The notes under the pieces were generated by a model. The model did not search any database, had not been told where the DNA came from, and worked only from the letters and a program-made list of their open reading frames with translations. Shown here in pieces: positions 21,500-33,634 of a stretch of 33,634 bases of DNA. The stretch comes from Octopus bimaculoides (lineage: Eukaryota): contig NC_068991.1 of the NCBI RefSeq assembly GCF_001194135.2, positions 39,294,075-39,327,708 of the forward strand, in the 5' to 3' direction. The translations under genes were made by a program, and so were the position numbers. Position 1 is the first letter of the stretch, and each line of letters opens with the position of its first letter.

Positions 21500-22760
21500 G
21501 TTTTTTGTATGGAGAAATCAAAGATGAAAGGTGGCCTTCACGACCTTTGCATGACCCCTGCAAAGAGAAAGAGGAAAAAGAAACTACGACTCATTGGTTG
21601 CTGCTACCAACTGCTTCGATTTCAGGAAGCCAGTGCATTTGGGGGAGCATAGCAACAAATAGGACAGCCTCGTTAGGAGCTGTATTACTTGGCTTGAAGA
21701 GTCAAAGGTATCTTTCCCTGGAAATCATCCGTAGAAAAGAAGTTGTATTCTTGAGGATATATTCTACTTTCACGTTATCAGAAAGCTCTGTTAAGTTCAT
21801 TTGGGTGGATTGGTGCATTGTCTAAAATGAGCAATACTTTGTTGGAAATATTATGTGGGGCACTGTACCTTTCTATAGCAAGGCAAAAAGAAAATCATTG
21901 TAAACCACTCTGCCAAAAGGCTCTTCTTATTTGATTAAAAAAATCAGAGGCAAGTTAACCTTCGTATAATCCTTGAAAACTCTTGGATTTTTTAAGTGAT
22001 ATACGAGTAGCGTCTTTAATTTCATATCATCAGCGATATTTCCACCCAGAAGAAGCGTTAGGTGATATCTGGAAGCTTTAAATCCTGGTACTAAGTTTTC
22101 TTCTCGAAAGATAAAAGTTCTAGTAGCCATGAGCTTCTCGAAAAGTACTGTTTCACCAACATTATTTACTTGCTCTGGCGTGCAGCTCCCTCCAGAAAAC
22201 ATTTTTTTCAATTGCTCGGCGTAATTAGTCGCAGCCTTGTTATCAGCACTTGCAGCTTCATCACTTATTTTTATGTTGTGCAAATTCAAGCGCTTCATAG
22301 ATCTTTCAAACCAACCTTTATGAGCTAGAAAAAGTTTTTGGTTTTAAGTTTAACATTTTCTGCAAATCGTTATACATACTTTTGGCTTTTTTCTTTATAA
22401 ACTATCATCGTGCTTGTCGGCACAATGATGAGTCTGATCTTCGATCCATACACTCAAGAGCCGCTCAGTTTTAAATATCACATTAAATTAGATCATTGAC
22501 AAAATAAGGTCAAAGCAGTTAACAGAGTAATTTCTTAAGCATTTGACTTAATTTACTCATTAATGTTTTAGCAATGTGACCGATGTTTTCTCTTGCATCA
22601 AACCTTTTTAAAATCATGTTTAATATCCAGCGCAATCCTTTTACGGTTCCAATGAATCTAACGATGGAAATGAGAATAAGAAAGGGGGAAGGAATACTGT
22701 TGGAAGAACTGTTATCTGCTGAAGAGTTACCAGGTCTATGGGCATTTGGTGGGTGTTGCA
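21500..22760 (-). pseudogene. Decayed Tigger/pogo-family transposase
   Basis: N-terminal KRIALDIK...KRFDARENIGHIAKTL; CENP-B HTH ERLLSVWIEDQ...KGWFE; EAASADNKAA, EQVNNVGETVLF, GFKASRYHLTLLLGGN..KLKTLLVYH..NPRVFK; DDE-region KVLLILDNAPIHP. Multiple frameshifts; no TIRs recognised. Confidence 0.9.
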
Positions 22761-22792
22761 CCTCTGACTTGAGACATAAAAACATAACACTC

Positions 22793-22974
<182 letters not shown>

Positions 22975-23368
22975 TCGTTATTTACTGAAGCGGAAATAGA
23001 GCATATGGGACAATCTGAGTTCAGGTGCCACTTTCAACTCTCTCCTTGATCAATCTGATCAATTTTCAAGGTGTCACCTACTTTCAGCTAGTGCAAAATT
23101 CTCAAGCGACTGGATTTGATGCCACGCCTGAGGCCAACATCGGAGGTCTACTCAGTCTAAATTAACTCCGCGTNNNNNNNNNNNNNNNNNNNNNNNNNNN
23201 NNNNNNNNNNNNNNNNNNNNNNNNNNNNNNNNNNNNNNNNNNNNNNNNNNNNNNNNNNNNNNNNNNNNNNNNNNNNNNNNNNNNNNNNNNNNNNNNNNNN
23301 NNNNNNNNNNNNNNNNNNNNNNNNNNNNNNNNNNNNNNNNNNNNNNNNNNNNNNNNNNNNNNNNNNNN

Positions 23369-23640
23369 TTAGTGGCCCAGTCCCTCCGACCGTTTTGAAC
23401 GCCACAGGTTGGAAAAGATAGTTCACTATCAAGTCCCGATACTTCAGGGTTTCTTCCGTTCGGCTACGGGAGCAGTGACCTTCCCATTAACTGCAGCATC
23501 CAGGATGTGGGAGGGAGCAAAAGAATCGCAGACTGTGACGTCCCAAATGAGGCACCTGCCTGTAACCCAGGCACAGAGAGTAACACCATCTGGTCTCTTT
23601 CCATTACTTCTGGATTAAACATTGTGGTGTGCGACCAGTT
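23369..23640 (-). mobile_element. CRE-like non-LTR retrotransposon RLE domain fragment
   Basis: Minus strand reads RSNGKRPDGVTLCAWVTGRCLIWDVTVCDSFAPSHILDAAVNGKVTAPVAERKK, then a frameshift to LKYRDLIVNYLFQPVAFKTVGGTGP, i.e. the RPD...D...K-KY endonuclease motif. Cut by the gap. Confidence 0.8.
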
Positions 23641-24530
23641 GCTGTGATAAAAAATAAAAAAAATTCCCCAAAATGGTTTCAATATAGTTTTAATAGAAAG
23701 ATTTGGAAGAATTAGATGAAAGTTCTCCGGTAATTTTCTTTCATATAAATAAATGTTTATGTCAATTTAAAAGTTTGCAAACAATTAACTGGTTTCATTT
23801 GCGTGCACTCGTGTGTGAGTGTGTGTGTATTTAGACAGGCCAGGGTGGCAGACAAAAATAACAGAAGAGCAATTATACAATTAGATGCGCGAGAATTAGC
23901 TCATTGTCTCTGTTATTTCTGAATTTGTTTAGTTACTTTGAAGCAAAATAATAATCTGGAGTTAATTAATGAAATCCTCAACTCGCTCCATTATATTTCT
24001 ACTTGCTTCTTTTTCATTGCGTGCATGTGTGCTTGTTACTCACGATCTGTACACTCATTACGTTCTGCCGAGAGTGCTGGTAGCACCTCCTTGCAAGTGT
24101 TGTGATCTCACCAGGGTGACGGCCAATGTCAATGGAATGCTACGGAAAACGCTGGGTGTTTAGCGCTGAGTCGTGATTTTCCTTAGTAATAAAATATTTA
24201 AAACAGATACAATATTTATATTTTAAACACAATTTAAAAAAAAAAAAAAAAAAAAAAGGAAAAAGAAAAACTGGGTATTAAATATGAATCATACATTGTT
24301 ATGGGTGACTAGAAAACGTGACGGATGATGTGCCAAGGCCCAATGTAATTTTATAATGCGAGTCTGCTTGTCTTTTCCTTCTTTAGTAATTTCCATAAAT
24401 ATTTCACATAGAAGGAAGTAGTCCATGCAGATATCTAAAAGGAACCAAAAATGAGAAGCTCGATGAGATAATTGAGAAAATACGATTGGTGAATCACTGT
24501 GCAGAATTATCTTCAGTTTGATTAATCATG

Positions 24531-24899
24531 TCTTTTATCGTTTACGTGTTTCAGTCATTTTGACTGCGGCCATGCTGGAGCACCGCCTTGAATAGTTTTA
24601 GTCAAACAAATCGCCCCCAGGACTTTATGTTTTAAACCTCGTACCTTTATGGGCACGTAAACACACCAACACCCACCGGTTGTCAAGAGATGGTCGGAGG
24701 ACACACGCGCACACACACACACACAAACACACTCACGACGGACTTTCAATTTCTGTCTACCAAATCCACTCACAAGGCTTTGATTGGCCAGGGGCTAAAG
24801 TAGATGACACTTGCTTGCCCGAGGTGCCACAGAGTCGTTCTGAAGCCGAAACCATGTGGTTGGGAAGCAAGCTACATAGCATACAGCCACGCCTGCGCT
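24531..24899 (-). mobile_element. SINE family A, near full-length
   Basis: Reverse complement of the 13669-14067 family, with the tRNA head at ~24840-24899 and an internal (CA)n. Confidence 0.9.
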
Positions 24900-25923
24900 T
24901 ATCTAATATAATGTTTTCCTTTTTTTATTTATTTTTGCAAAGCGAGAGGAGAAGTCGTTTATAAAACATCATTTGGTGAAAGGAGGGCGTTGAGTTATAA
25001 AAACACTGGGTAACACTATTCTTAGAGTCTGAAACTATCTCACTCGAGTGCGAATATCAAATGGATTTTTGAAAAAGAACAGTGGATTGTAGTAATAAAA
25101 TATTTCGTCTAATATATTCTTGCACACAATCTCCTTTACGTGAAATAATTTGCAGTAATTCTCTCCTAAGAACTTTCAAAACACCACAATTTAGTTCCTT
25201 ATTATATCCGCATATTAAAGGAAAACTTTATTGGTGGACGAGTGGCTATGAGGAAGCAACACACTCGTGCGGGAGAAAGATACTTACGAGAAGAGATACG
25301 CATGCTACCCTAATAGCGAATTCTCGTAAAAAATACATAGGCAAAGCACACTTACAGAAAGACTACTCCATTTCATCTTTGCGTAACCCCACTAAGTTCG
25401 TTCAATTGCTGCAAAGCACTTTCTGTTGTATTTGTGGTATATGTATAATTATTATTATTTCCTTCAGTTGTATATAATCGTAAGGCTTCGTGCTGTTATA
25501 TATGTATAATTCTTCGTCTGTTGTATTGATATAATGTCTTGTTTGTTTCTGTCTTAGTATACATTCCCTAGCTTTTCCCAGTAGCTTAATAACAGCATTA
25601 GCGCATCCAAGATTAAGTGGTCTCAATGGTAATGGCGTGAAACCGCTATGATATTTTGGGTCATTGACTGACAAGGAAAACTCGGCTGCGAATATTCTGT
25701 GTATCGTGTCTTTGTCTATATTTCCCGCCCGTTAAGTTTTCGTCTAGTTTCCCGTTTGCTCTGCTTTCGTCTAACTTTTTTTCTTCGTCGTGTTCTGACT
25801 GTTCAACCCTTGACACATAAGATATATATACATATATATAGACTTGCATATATAGAGAAAGAGAGGATAATAACTCTGCAAATTCTCACATATACGCTCA
25901 TACAAACACACCTGGATACACGT

Positions 25924-25975
<52 letters not shown>

Positions 25976-25977
<2 letters not shown>

Positions 25978-26139
25978 CGGGCTTCCTTCAGTTTCCGACT
26001 ACCAAATCCATTAACAAGATTTTGGCCGACCGAGGCTATAGTAGAAGACATTTACCCAAGATGCCATGCAGTGGAACCGAACCCGGAACTATGTGGTTGG
26101 GAAGCAAGCTTCTTATCACATAACCACATCTACCCTATA
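25976..26139 (-). mobile_element. SINE family A, 5' half, abutting (CT)n(CA)n at 25924-25975
   Basis: CAGTTTCCGACTACCAAATCC...GGCTATAGTAGAAGACATTTACCCAAG...GAACCCGGAACTATGTGGTTGGGAAGCAAGCTTCTT. Confidence 0.88.
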
Positions 26140-26488
26140 AATAAAATTATGTCAGATTTTCGTAAAAGTAACTTTACACACGCGCGCTGCGCGCGCTCGA
26201 AGTTTGTGGAATTATTAGTAACGTTTAAGGAAATAAAGTTTACTGATATAAATTGTACCAAATCTCATAATGCAAGAATCTCGAACCCAGCCAGTCCTAT
26301 CCAATAGCAGCCAATCGCAGTCGTATCCAGTAGCAGCCAGTCGTAGTCGGTAGCCATCAGTTCCATCACGTGATCTGAAGCTGTCGATGAGAACTGTTCT
26401 CAGTCATCCAATGACAACTAATCTTACTTAGAATTCGTGAAAGCTTTGTCACAACCAAGCATTCGATCACATAGTTAATATGAATATA

Positions 26489-27009
26489 AGGTGGGCAGAA
26501 AGGACGGACGTTTTAGAAAAAATCACAAAATCATTAATTTTAGGTGCAAACAAATTTTATTGACATCAGTGTGTTCGTATTGAATTAGCATTTGTTAAAA
26601 TCAAGTGTAGAAAACAACATTCATCATGTGGTGTTCGTTTTCATTGATGCATTTCTGAAAGCTTGTCTGACATGTTCCATATTTTCCTATTCATTAGTGT
26701 ACCTCGTGTACGAAGTGTATTCACCCAACGTAAGATTGTGTTAGGGGTGGGAACAGCCTGATTTCGGCGAATGTTGAAGCGGCGCCGAAATTCACACTGA
26801 ACTGCTGTGACAGACTCGTTATTCTTCACGTAACTGCCGTAGGCAAATACGCGATACTCTATCGTCCACAGCGCTATGACTTCACCTAAAAAGAAAAAAA
26901 AAATGGTAAGACACCACGGACCGAATGGTACCTGTCTGACATATATCCCTTACCTCTGGGGCTGCGTAATAGCCATTTCAAAAACGTTCGTCCTCTCTAC
27001 TCCACCATG
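26489..27009 (-). mobile_element. Internally deleted Tc1/mariner element (DUF4817-type N-terminal HTH) with imperfect TIRs and TA TSD
   Basis: Left TA-AGGTGGGCAGAAAGGACGGACGTTTTAGAAA versus right (revcomp) TA-CATGGTGGAGTAGAGAGGACGAACGTTTTTGAAA. N-terminal ALWTIEYRVFAYGSYVKNNESVTAVQCEFRRRFNIRRNQAVPTPNTILRWVNTLRTRGT is joined to the C-terminal TSFQKCINENEHHMMNVVFYT*. Confidence 0.85.
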
Positions 27010-27083
27010 TATAAACTGTGATAGTTGCATTGGGTTGCTGATTTAGTATCCTATATGTATTTACAACTCTCAAAGGAAATCTC

Positions 27084-28750
27084 ATGCAACCACGTGGAAA
27101 TCACGAGAAGAGAGATGAAGGAGCCGGCAGCTATAAAAAGGGGTGTTACTGCTACGTACAGGAGAACGTAGCTAGGAACGGTACAGCTTGGTTCTCGAAA
27201 AGAGAGCTGTGTAACTTGCAGTTACGAGCATTCAACATTTGTCCTATAAGAGTGAAATACAACATAAACTCTAACTTTAATGTCAACAAGAATACCCCCA
27301 GTAGCAGTCGTGATGTTGTAGTGAAATGGCGAAATTGTAGGCTTATACGCAAAGCTCGTGCACGTCCAGCATATGGGGAAAATTGTAATAAATGTATCAA
27401 ATTAGGGCATTTTGCGAGATTTTGCCGATCTAGAAACGATTGCCGTGAGAACAACATAAATGTATCTCCGAGCGAGACTGAATCTGTCGACAGTTTGTTG
27501 CTAAACGTGAACAACAGCGAGAGTGCAGATGACGCGGGTTTTTGCAAGTGTTTTATAAATAACAGAAGCATAGATATGAAAGTGGATACTGGGGCAGCTT
27601 GTTCAGTAGTCCCATTATCATTTGCTTCACAGTTAGGTATCCCAATCGAATCATACCACAATAGATTAACCACTTTTGATGGTTCGGAGCTAAAGGTTGT
27701 TGGATCTATCCGAATGATATTTAATCTCAACAACACCGACGAGTCACGAAAATTTATAATGGTAGACAGCCCATGCTCTTTTGGGCTGACTGGAAAAAAA
27801 TATTAAAGACAGTTCGTATTGTTTCAATTTGAACATGGATGTGTTCCCAGAGGTTAAAGATTTTGTGGCCCGAGTTAACTGCTCTGATGCTAGGTATAAC
27901 GTGATGAGTTCAGCGAGACGCTTTCCAGTACATTTGGAAAAGGCGGTTAAAGATGAATTGAAGAGGTTGGAAATGATGGGTATCATCACACCGTCGGATT
28001 ACTCTGGAGTCAGATGTGCCTCACTTGTGGTATGGCTGAGAAAAAAAGACGGATCTCTTCGTATGTGTGTCGATTACAAGGCTCATTTAAATGCACATAT
28101 TGACACTTATTCTTTTCCTATACCATCAGTCGACACCATTTTATCCGGTATGTCAGGTGCGGAATTTTTCTCCACTCTCGATTTAAAGCATACGTATTGG
28201 CAAATAACTTTAGCGGAGAAAGCAAGGTGTATTTGCGCTATTAATACAACCAAGGGTTTCTACCTGGTTAACAAACTTCAAGAATTCGAGTGGCATATTT
28301 CAGAACTGCCTGGAAACTCTACTAAAAGGGATCGAAGGAATCAGGGTATACGAAGATGATATCCTCATCTATGCTAGTAGTAAAGCAAAACTGGCGAGCA
28401 GAGAAAACGCGGTAGTTGCAAGGCTAGTTCTCTATTAACAAAGAAAAGTCATTCTCCAGAAGAAATTTTACTTTTCTGAGAATGAACATATCTAAAGAGG
28501 GTATTTCTCCATCTCAGGAATTGGTAGCAAAACTAAAGGACATACAAGTACCAAAATCGAAGGAAGATATTGACAAAATATTGGGTCTGATGAATTACTA
28601 GAGAAGATTTGTCCCGGCGTATGCTGAAAAGGTAGAACCATGCTCATCAGTTAGATCTAAAGAACTTATGCGGAGTAAAGAGCAAGGTAAGGCCTTCCGT
28701 ATGCTCATCACTCATCTTTCGGAGGCTCCAGTTTTGCAACCGTACTCCAT
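27084..28750 (+). mobile_element. Ty3/Gypsy LTR retrotransposon relic: gag zinc knuckle, aspartic protease and RT, 3'-truncated
   Basis: CNKCIKLGHFARFC (CX2CX4HX4C); MKVDTGAACSVV; RKKDGSLRMCVDY; FFSTLDLKHTYWQ; SGIFQNCLETLLKGIEGIRVYEDDILI (YEDD at 28349-28360); ILGLMNY*RRFVP; LSEAPVLQPY. Frameshifts and a stop; no integrase. Confidence 0.92.
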
Positions 28751-28778
28751 CCGCGGACCACCACTTTGAGTAGCACTG
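28751..28778 (-). mobile_element. Possible hAT (Charlie/MER5-like) terminal inverted repeat remnant
   Basis: The reverse complement CAGTGCTACTCAAAGTGGTGGTCCGCGG resembles hAT-Charlie termini; no partner TIR found. Confidence 0.35.
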
Positions 28779-28890
28779 GCCTAAGCCATCTTTCATCCGA
28801 AACAGGTGTAAGGTAAAACTGTTGTGTCATTCTTTCTGTGTATTTGTACTCCACTTAAATACCCTCATCAAGCGTACTTGCGTTTATCTT

Positions 28891-28899
28891 TCTTTCTAG

Positions 28900-28950
<51 letters not shown>
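28891..28950. repeat. (TG)n microsatellite
   Basis: Seen directly. Confidence 0.95.
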
Positions 28951-28956
<6 letters not shown>

Positions 28957-29444
28957 TTAATTCGTGCCCGAGCTTTAAAATATTCAGTCATAAGAATGTA
29001 GCCATTCAACTCTTTCTTGTTTCTTCTCTAAAGAAGGGCGCAATATGAAACCTCTGACTTCACCATATCTCCATTTTCTCTATTATAGCAATTACTCTTA
29101 CTGTCTTTCCTTTTTTTTTTTCATTGCAGATCATTTTCAATTTCTGAGGAATATTTTTTCTCTTTCTTTCTTTAATGTCTACAGCAAATCTTTCCTTTTT
29201 AGTTGTGTGTATTTGTTTATTTGAAACACAAGAATACTTATTAAAATATTTTTAAACATTCTGTAATACAAAATAAAATGCCATACACTACTCTGTTCGT
29301 TGAGTGATGACTGTTGTATAATGCCAAAAATAGGTCGACTGGTGAAGGTGGATGGTGAACTTGTAGTAAGTATGTGATAGTTCCTCATACTCCAAATATT
29401 TTTCTTTCCTAAACAAAAGCTAGTATGGAATGTATTTGAGTAAA

Positions 29445-30290
29445 CTAAGAGGGTTCAGCAAAAGGATGAAATTTAGAGGAACTAATACATATGGAGAGAG
29501 AGGAGGGAGAGAGAGAGAGGCAAAAACAGAGAAAAGGCGAATAGAAGAGAGTATGAGAGAAGGAGGAGAAAGAAAGTAGGAAATATGGAGAATGGGTGAA
29601 TAGGTATAGAGGAGTGGGAGAAATGAAGAGAGATACGTTGAGACAGTGAGAAAAGGGAACGAAAATGATAATTAAATAGATGGAAGGCCGTAGAAGAGAT
29701 TGAGTGAAAATGAGAAAAAGGATTTTGAAGTGAGAAGCAGTGTGTTTCAAAGTGAAAGAGAGACTGAGCTTAAGGAAAGGGTGAAAATGGATATGATGAG
29801 AATGAAGAATGTAGAAGAGGTGGAGAGAATGAATAGAAGAGTGAGTGAGAGATAAACAACTGAGAAGGTGTTACATGAGAAAGAAAGTATGGAAAAGAGT
29901 AATACAATAAAAAGTAAGCAAAAATGATCTTCAGAGAGAATAATGATATATAACGTAATAGCGAGACAATAAAGACTGAGAGGGAAAGAGAAAGACAGAG
30001 CTTAATAAAGAGGGAAGAATGATGAAGAATAAGTATGAGGGAAAGAGGAAGAGAGGGAGGGAGAGAAAGAGGCGGAAGGAAAGGAAGAAAGGTAGGACTG
30101 AATAAAGAGGGAAAAGGAAAGAGAGGCGATAGGAAAGGGAAAGCAAAACAATGAACGGGGTGGGGGTGATAAAATAATGAAATAGGAAACGAGAAGGAAA
30201 AATAAAGAGAAAAAGAAATGAGAAGGAAGGGTGAAAGAGCAAGAATGAGAGAGAGAATGAGATGGTGGTGGTGGCGGCGGCGATCACTTT
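29445..30290. repeat. Purine-rich (GA-rich) low-complexity tract
   Basis: Strongly strand-asymmetric A/G composition; it explains the F/S/L-rich minus-strand ORFs. Confidence 0.85.
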
Positions 30291-30784
30291 CAATTGTTTG
30301 CTTTATGTAAGAGAATGTATTTTAAGAATGCACATTTTGCTCTAACATGTTGCTTGTTGCTCCAGTTTTTCCTTTGTTTCATTTACTTTTGTTTAGAAGC
30401 AAGGACAACGTCCATAGTCTTTTTGTATCCCTCTCTTAATGAGGAAGCAAATAATTGAGTGAGGTTAATATAGTGAATAGAATTTCAATGGAAAATGTGG
30501 ACGAACATTGATATAATTCTGAAGAAAATGTTTTGTATATATATCTGAAGCTAATCCATAAAGTTTGTGTTAGTTCTTGTCTTTAGTTTTAATAGTGCAT
30601 TGTGGATGAGAGATAAATATTCCTCTGGGTACAATGACGTTCTATTGCAGGGAACTATTCATCCTGATATATTGCAGATTATGGAGACCCTTGTTAATGC
30701 CATAAATTATATTTATTCCTCTTTTAGGCTCAAAGCTAACAGCTTTGAGGAAAAGAGGATAGTTGTTTAAAATAAAGTAGCTAT

Positions 30785-30925
30785 CAACCTCAGTACTTGA
30801 CTGATATTTTACTTTATTGACCTAGAAAGGATGAAATGCAACGATGACCTTGGTGTGATTAGAACTTAGAACCGTAACTAAATTGTTCAAGATATGCTTT
30901 AATCATTCGACCAATCCACCGCTCT
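30785..30925 (-). mobile_element. SINE family B, old degraded copy
   Basis: CCTCAGTACTTGACTGATA...TTGACCTAGAAAGGATGAAATGCAA..GACCTTGG...TTAGAACTTAGAAC. Confidence 0.6.
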
Positions 30926-31279
30926 CCTGCCATAAAGCATATACGATACTAACTCTAGGTGGTTCAGCTGTTAGGAGTTGCCTTCGTCGCAGATATGACG
31001 CATGGCTAATGTTAAGATATGAACGCTAATCCTTTTGGTTGGCTGGTTGGTTGCTGATAATTTATCGACTCAACCAGCAACAGCGACAACAACAATGTCA
31101 ATATTGGTACACAGAAAGAGGTAGCTAAGATTTTTAAAGATATAATTTAAGGGTTTATAAACTCCATGCTGTAATAATTGAGTGTCCTGGACAAGCATGT
31201 TAGTCATAATGTTGTTATACACAAGTATGATAAATGAAACAACGTAAGCAGTAGTTTGAAATCTTTTAAAAGACTTCCG

Positions 31280-31659
31280 TGAAAAATGCTGGCTAGTGAC
31301 AGCTGTCCTCTTAGACATAGAGGACACTACCACAATACTAGAAGTTCATAAATTGCACCACCAAAACTGGTCGGGTATGGGCATGCAGCTACTCGTTCAA
31401 ATTGAACAAGAGAGCATAAATGCCATACCCGACTCTATAAATTTACCAGACGGCACAAGACTCCACGTCACTGTGGAGGGAAGACAACCAAAGCGCTATC
31501 TCTGTGGGAGCGATAAGCACTTGAAGGTCGATTGCCCCAAATACAAGGAGTGGGAGGAGGCAGTACAAAGAACACCAGTGTCAGTGGTATCTCCAGTGCA
31601 GCAGCAGCAGCGGCGGCGGCGGCGGCGGCGGCAGCAGCAGCAGTGGCGGCGGCGGCGGC

Positions 31660-31714
<55 letters not shown>

Positions 31715-33634
31715 NNNNNNNNNNNNNNNNNNNNNNNNNNNNNNNNNNNNNNNNNNNNNNNNNNNNNNNNNNNNNNNNNNNNNNNNNNNNNNNNNNNNNN
31801 NNNNNNNNNNNNNNNNNNNNNNNNNNNNNNNNNNNNNNNNNNNNNNNNNNNNNNNNNNNNNNNNNNNNNNNNNNNNNNNNNNNNNNNNNNNNNNNNNNNN
31901 NNNNNNNNNNNNNNNNNNNNNNNNNNNNNNNNNNNNNNNNNNNNNNNNNNNNNNNNNNNNNNNNNNNNNNNNNNNNNNNNNNNNNNNNNNNNNNNNNNNN
32001 NNNNNNNNNNNNNNNNNNNNNNNNNNNNNNNNNNNNNNNNNNNNNNNNNNNNNNNNNNNNNNNNNNNNNNNNNNNNNNNNNNNNNNNNNNNNNNNNNNNN
32101 NNNNNNNNNNNNNNNNNNNNNNNNNNNNNNNNNNNNNNNNNNNNNNNNNNNNNNNNNNNNNNNNNNNNNNNNNNNNNNNNNNNNNNNNNNNNNNNNNNNN
32201 NNNNNNNNNNNNNNNNNNNNNNNNNNNNNNNNNNNNNNNNNNNNNNNNNNNNNNNNNNNNNNNNNNNNNNNNNNNNNNNNNNNNNNNNNNNNNNNNNNNN
32301 NNNNNNNNNNNNNNNNNNNNNNNNNNNNNNNNNNNNNNNNNNNNNNNNNNNNNNNNNNNNNNNNNNNNNNNNNNNNNNNNNNNNNNNNNNNNNNNNNNNN
32401 NNNNNNNNNNNNNNNNNNNNNNNNNNNNNNNNNNNNNNNNNNNNNNNNNNNNNNNNNNNNNNNNNNNNNNNNNNNNNNNNNNNNNNNNNNNNNNNNNNNN
32501 NNNNNNNNNNNNNNNNNNNNNNNNNNNNNNNNNNNNNNNNNNNNNNNNNNNNNNNNNNNNNNNNNNNNNNNNNNNNNNNNNNNNNNNNNNNNNNNNNNNN
32601 NNNNNNNNNNNNNNNNNNNNNNNNNNNNNNNNNNNNNNNNNNNNNNNNNNNNNNNNNNNNNNNNNNNNNNNNNNNNNNNGGTTACCTCTTAAACGATCTG
32701 AGGTCTTACAGTGTGGATGTAGCAGCCATTAGCGAAACCAGGCTCTCCGGTCCGCGGGATCTCACAGCCCTTTTCGGCAAATACGAGATTTTTCTATCTC
32801 CGTGTCGGCCGGGAGCGGGTAGTGGTAGTACTGCGGTGCTATTCCGGAAAGGCCTGGATCTGAAAATAAAGGCAATCTTCCTGGATCCAGAAGGTAAGTT
32901 GGTGGTCCTGGATTTGAACAGCAGTAACGGCGGTGCCTTCAGACTAGTGGGTGCCTACGCTCCGACAGAGGCAGAGTAGTCGGATTATATCAAGTGTCTG
33001 GAGGTTTTCCTGGGTACGTCTGGCACTTTAGTGCTAGTAGGGGATTGGAACGCTCTCTTAGACGAACGTTTCGATCGCGTGAGAGCTTCTGATAGGAGAG
33101 TGAGGTGCAAAATCCTCATCAACCTGCTCAGATGCTTTCAACTGTCTGATAGATATCGACTAAATAACCCGAATGTGCCAATGTAGACTTGGACACATCG
33201 CATCGGGTCGTCTAGATCGTATCTAGATAGAGTTTTCTGTAGGCCAGCGGATACACAGATCACAAATTCGTGATCTGTACGGTCGACTTAGATAGGCTCC
33301 ATAGACAGGGTTCCGGTTACTGGAGGCTAAACGCGTCGTCATCGGCGTGCAAAAGTTACAGAGACCGAATTAGCGAATTAGTTAAGCGAGCGTTGACGGG
33401 GGTGATCGTCAACAACAACTGGTGGATTGCTCTTAAAGGGATAATTAGAGCAGAATCAGTTAGGCTTAGTAAGGCTTTAGCTGGAGAAAAAAATAAAATA
33501 GGAGATTTAGTTAGAAAGCTAGACGAGGCTCTTAGGACAGGTATCGCGACCGACGTGTTGGCGGCGAAGTTGGCCCTCGACCAATACTTCGACGCCAAAT
33601 ACGAAGGCTGCGTTGTCAGAGCTAAGGCACGTTC
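31280..33634 (+). mobile_element. L1/Tx1-clade LINE: ORF1 remnant and ORF2 APE endonuclease, continuing beyond the window
   Basis: ORF1 IPDSINLPDGTRLHVTVEGRQPKRYLCGSDKHLKVDC (degenerate zinc knuckle). ORF2 VAAISETRL, LVGAYAP, LVGDWNA, TW...SYLDRV, DHKFV, GYWRLN, WWIALK. TAG stops at 32977 and 33184, and a frameshift near 33255. Confidence 0.9.
31599..31714. repeat. Compound trinucleotide repeat (CAG)4(CGG)7(CAG)4TGG(CGG)4(CAA)n
   Basis: Seen directly; runs into the gap. Confidence 0.95.

Noticed and set aside
23399-23647. Plus-strand open frame resembling Gypsy RNase H (NCSIQDVGGSKRIADC)
   Set aside because: The minus strand gives a far better CRE-type RLE match; this frame is its antisense shadow.
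27152-27989. Minus-strand ORFs of 194 aa and 81 aa (and 33356-33598)
   Set aside because: Antisense to Gypsy or Tx1 coding sequence.

Overview
AT-rich, microsatellite-dense animal genomic DNA with four assembly gaps (N runs 2884-3517, 11118-11338, 23174-23368, 31715-32679). The two main tRNA-derived SINE families match my recollection of octopus repeats, so the host is probably a coleoid cephalopod (inference, no search run). There is no intact protein-coding gene. Most listed ORFs are microsatellite, gap or antisense artefacts, and the rest are pieces of decayed mobile elements. The window is a transposon graveyard: three 3' fragments of an RLE-type (R4/Dong-like) non-LTR element ending in (TACA)n, a CRE-like RLE fragment, RTE, CR1-group and L1/Tx1 LINE relics, a truncated Ty3/Gypsy gag-pro-RT, a Tigger/pogo relic, an internally deleted Tc1/mariner with TIRs and about ten SINE copies. 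The most interesting signals are two minimal hammerhead ribozyme motifs of the Penelope-like-element type (18665-18710, complete; 2786-2883, cut by a gap), a 20-bp hairpin at 16016-16064 and a candidate host terminal exon at 11724-11916. I cannot support a new multi-gene system here.
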